DNA of 62,269 nucleotides, counting the filler, from Diploschistes diacapsis (lineage: Eukaryota): assembly GCA_023645945.1 (NCBI GenBank). It is 4 parts of 4 records of this genome, joined end to end, with 100 filler letters (N's around TTAATTAATTAA, not from the genome) between each part and the next. Parts side by side here need not be neighbours in the genome. Positions count along the whole stretch, not along the records: positions 46,849 to 62,269 come from JALAIB010000551.1; 3 more parts are not named here. The stretch is one strand, 5' to 3'. Positions 60,404 to 62,269 of the stretch are shown piece by piece (within the stretch, counting starts at the first letter, position 1; each line of letters starts with the position of its first letter). Under the pieces are notes generated by a model. That model did no database searches, was not told the DNA's origin, and worked only from the letters and a program-made list of their open reading frames with translations. The position numbers were made by a program, and so were the translations under genes.

Positions 60404-60854
60404 TCATGCCAGTAGGTTGTATCTACTGTTACCGCGATTGGCCAAATTGACGGCTCCCACAGCTGCACCCCCAACGACAGCGCCGGCGCCGGCTCCAGCA
60501 GCCGTAACGCCAGCAACTGCAGCACCACCCATTGCCGCCCCTTGTAAGATAGAAAAGAGACTCCCAGCCGGGACAGCAGCCCCCATGGCAGCTTGCCAGC
60601 CAGCTGCTGCACTACCTAGAACAGGCCCGGAAGCAGCAAAGCCGACAGCGCCTAGAATAGGTAGCGTCACGCCAGCGCCAATGCTTGTAGCTGCCACAAC
60701 AGTGATCGCTTTGGGGTTGTTTTTAACGAAGTTCCCCGCAGCGCCTATCAGAGAATGAGCAAGTCTTTAGCCTTGGGCAAGGCGATAAGATGAACAGCCA
60801 CGTCTGAAGCCTGTTGTGACAAGACGTACCGACTGCACCTCTGATTGTGTCCAT
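60404..60854 (-). CDS. Small Gly/Ala-rich membrane protein of the interferon-induced 6-16 (ISG12)-like fungal family
   Basis: LGAVGFAASGPVLGSAAAGWQ..VPAGSLFSILQGAAMGG. Exon 1 is 60854-60830; intron 60829-60745. Confidence 0.75.
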
Positions 60855-61609
60855 CGTTTAGGTTTAGAATGTTGGCTATCCTCCGGTCCTAGAAGTTTCG
60901 ATATGGTTGAGGAGACGGACAAGGCTGCCGATCTGAGGCACTTTCGGAACGTGAGATACCGGAGTTTCGACTGTAGCAGTGGGTAGAAGTGTTGTTCGGG
61001 ATGGGAGTGAGGGAAGAATGAAAGAGCTTTTTAACACGCTTACTTAAATAATCTCTGCAAGAAGAAGAAAGACAGAAAGCAAGTAAATCAAGCGATAAAG
61101 TAATTTACTCCGCACATGCAGAGAGCCAGCCTTGCTGCAGACCCCCAGTCAGCCTTGGGCTAATGCCTCACTTTTCTTTTTCTTTGGGCTATTCAGCGCG
61201 TGCAGTAGCTGACACTTTAGACAACATTGAAATGGAACCCTCCATAGTATCAGATATCTTCCGCAGATGGAGCAGATCAAATGTAAGAAGTTCTGCCCAA
61301 GCATGGACTGTGGGCATCAGAGCAGCCAGAGAAGCTTTGGTATAAACTGCCTATCCCTGTGGCATCGTGAGGGCATTATCTCATCTTGACCACCCTGGAT
61401 ACATTGACCCCACCATAGTACAGACTCGACTCATCGCGGGGCAAGCTTGTTCCTGGATAGGTCGGTATGATGAAGTCAAAAATGTGGAGGTAGGCACGAG
61501 GTTATAAGGTAGTAAAAGTATCTGCATCCCGTTGCTCAGAACGCAGCTTCTTCCACAGTCACAAAGTCCCCAGTTTCCGTCTTCCTCTAGTCACATACGC
61601 GAGTCTGCC

Positions 61610-62269
61610 ATGGAGCCTTGCATCGAAACCATCCCCACCGGAGCCTCCATCTACCGTTTCCTCATCCCCTCCAAAACCCCTTCCGAACCCCCTTCCAACA
61701 TCGTTCTCTCCTTTCCCCATCCCGATCTCTTCGCCACGCACCCACACCCCCACTTCAGCAACACCATCGGCCGCACAACGAACCGCATCGACAACGCTCG
61801 GCTGGACAATCTCAACGGCAAGACCTACCACCTTGCCAAGAACAACGGCAACAACAATCTCCACGGCGGCACCAAGGGCTGGGGCAAGCATCAATGGAAA
61901 GGGCCGGAAAAGGTGAAGCGCGGACATTGGGATCAGGAGATCAAGGGCCTAGACGGCGCTAGCGGCTCCAGCGCAGAGCGAGAGGGACTCCTCTACACGC
62001 TCGACAGCCCCGACGGCGACGAAGGCTTTCCCGGGGATGTAGAGGCGAAGGTCTGGTACTTCGAAGGGCGCGGCCCCAAGGGCGAGGTCGTGCTCGACAT
62101 CGAATACGAAGCCAAGCTTTCCGACGCACCAGGGAAGAACCAGGGCATCAACGAGACCGTCATCGGGATGACCAACCACGCGTAAGCCCTCCTCCCGCCT
62201 CCCTTGCATATCCCACTCAACCATCCTCTCACCCAAACACTGACGTCGGCCAGCTACTTCAACCTCAAC
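61610..62269 (+). CDS. Aldose 1-epimerase (galactose mutarotase), 3'-partial
   Basis: IGRTTNRI, NNLHGG, SPDGDEGFPG, MTNHA/YFNL across an intron starting at 62182. Confidence 0.92.

Overview
Gene-dense, intron-containing nuclear DNA from a filamentous ascomycete (Pezizomycotina-type genes and GT..CTRAC..YAG introns), with three 100-nt scaffold gaps carrying an artificial TTAATTAATTAA linker. Housekeeping genes include NECAP-like, Rieske RIP1, Dpb3-like, a ClC channel, Tls1/C9orf78-like, beta-tubulin, PRP31, kynurenine formamidase, eIF3h, Fyv6/FAM192A-like, sterol glucosyltransferase, GUF1, MAD2 and aldose 1-epimerase. They are interspersed with accessory genes (arylsulfatase, MFS transporters, secreted aspartic protease), several decayed pseudogenes and two RIP-mutated copies of a Tc1/mariner element. 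The main observation is a ~1.9 kb minus-strand region (~26040 to ~24110) with no recognisable protein. By manual pairing it folds into the architecture of a filamentous-fungal telomerase RNA: nested long-range helices, a U-rich/A-rich pseudoknot with PK2.1, and P6/P6.1. It has no CCCUAA template, which suggests a non-canonical telomere repeat. The arylsulfatase needs a 2-nt microexon and a GC-AG intron. All assignments come from reading the sequence; no searches were run.
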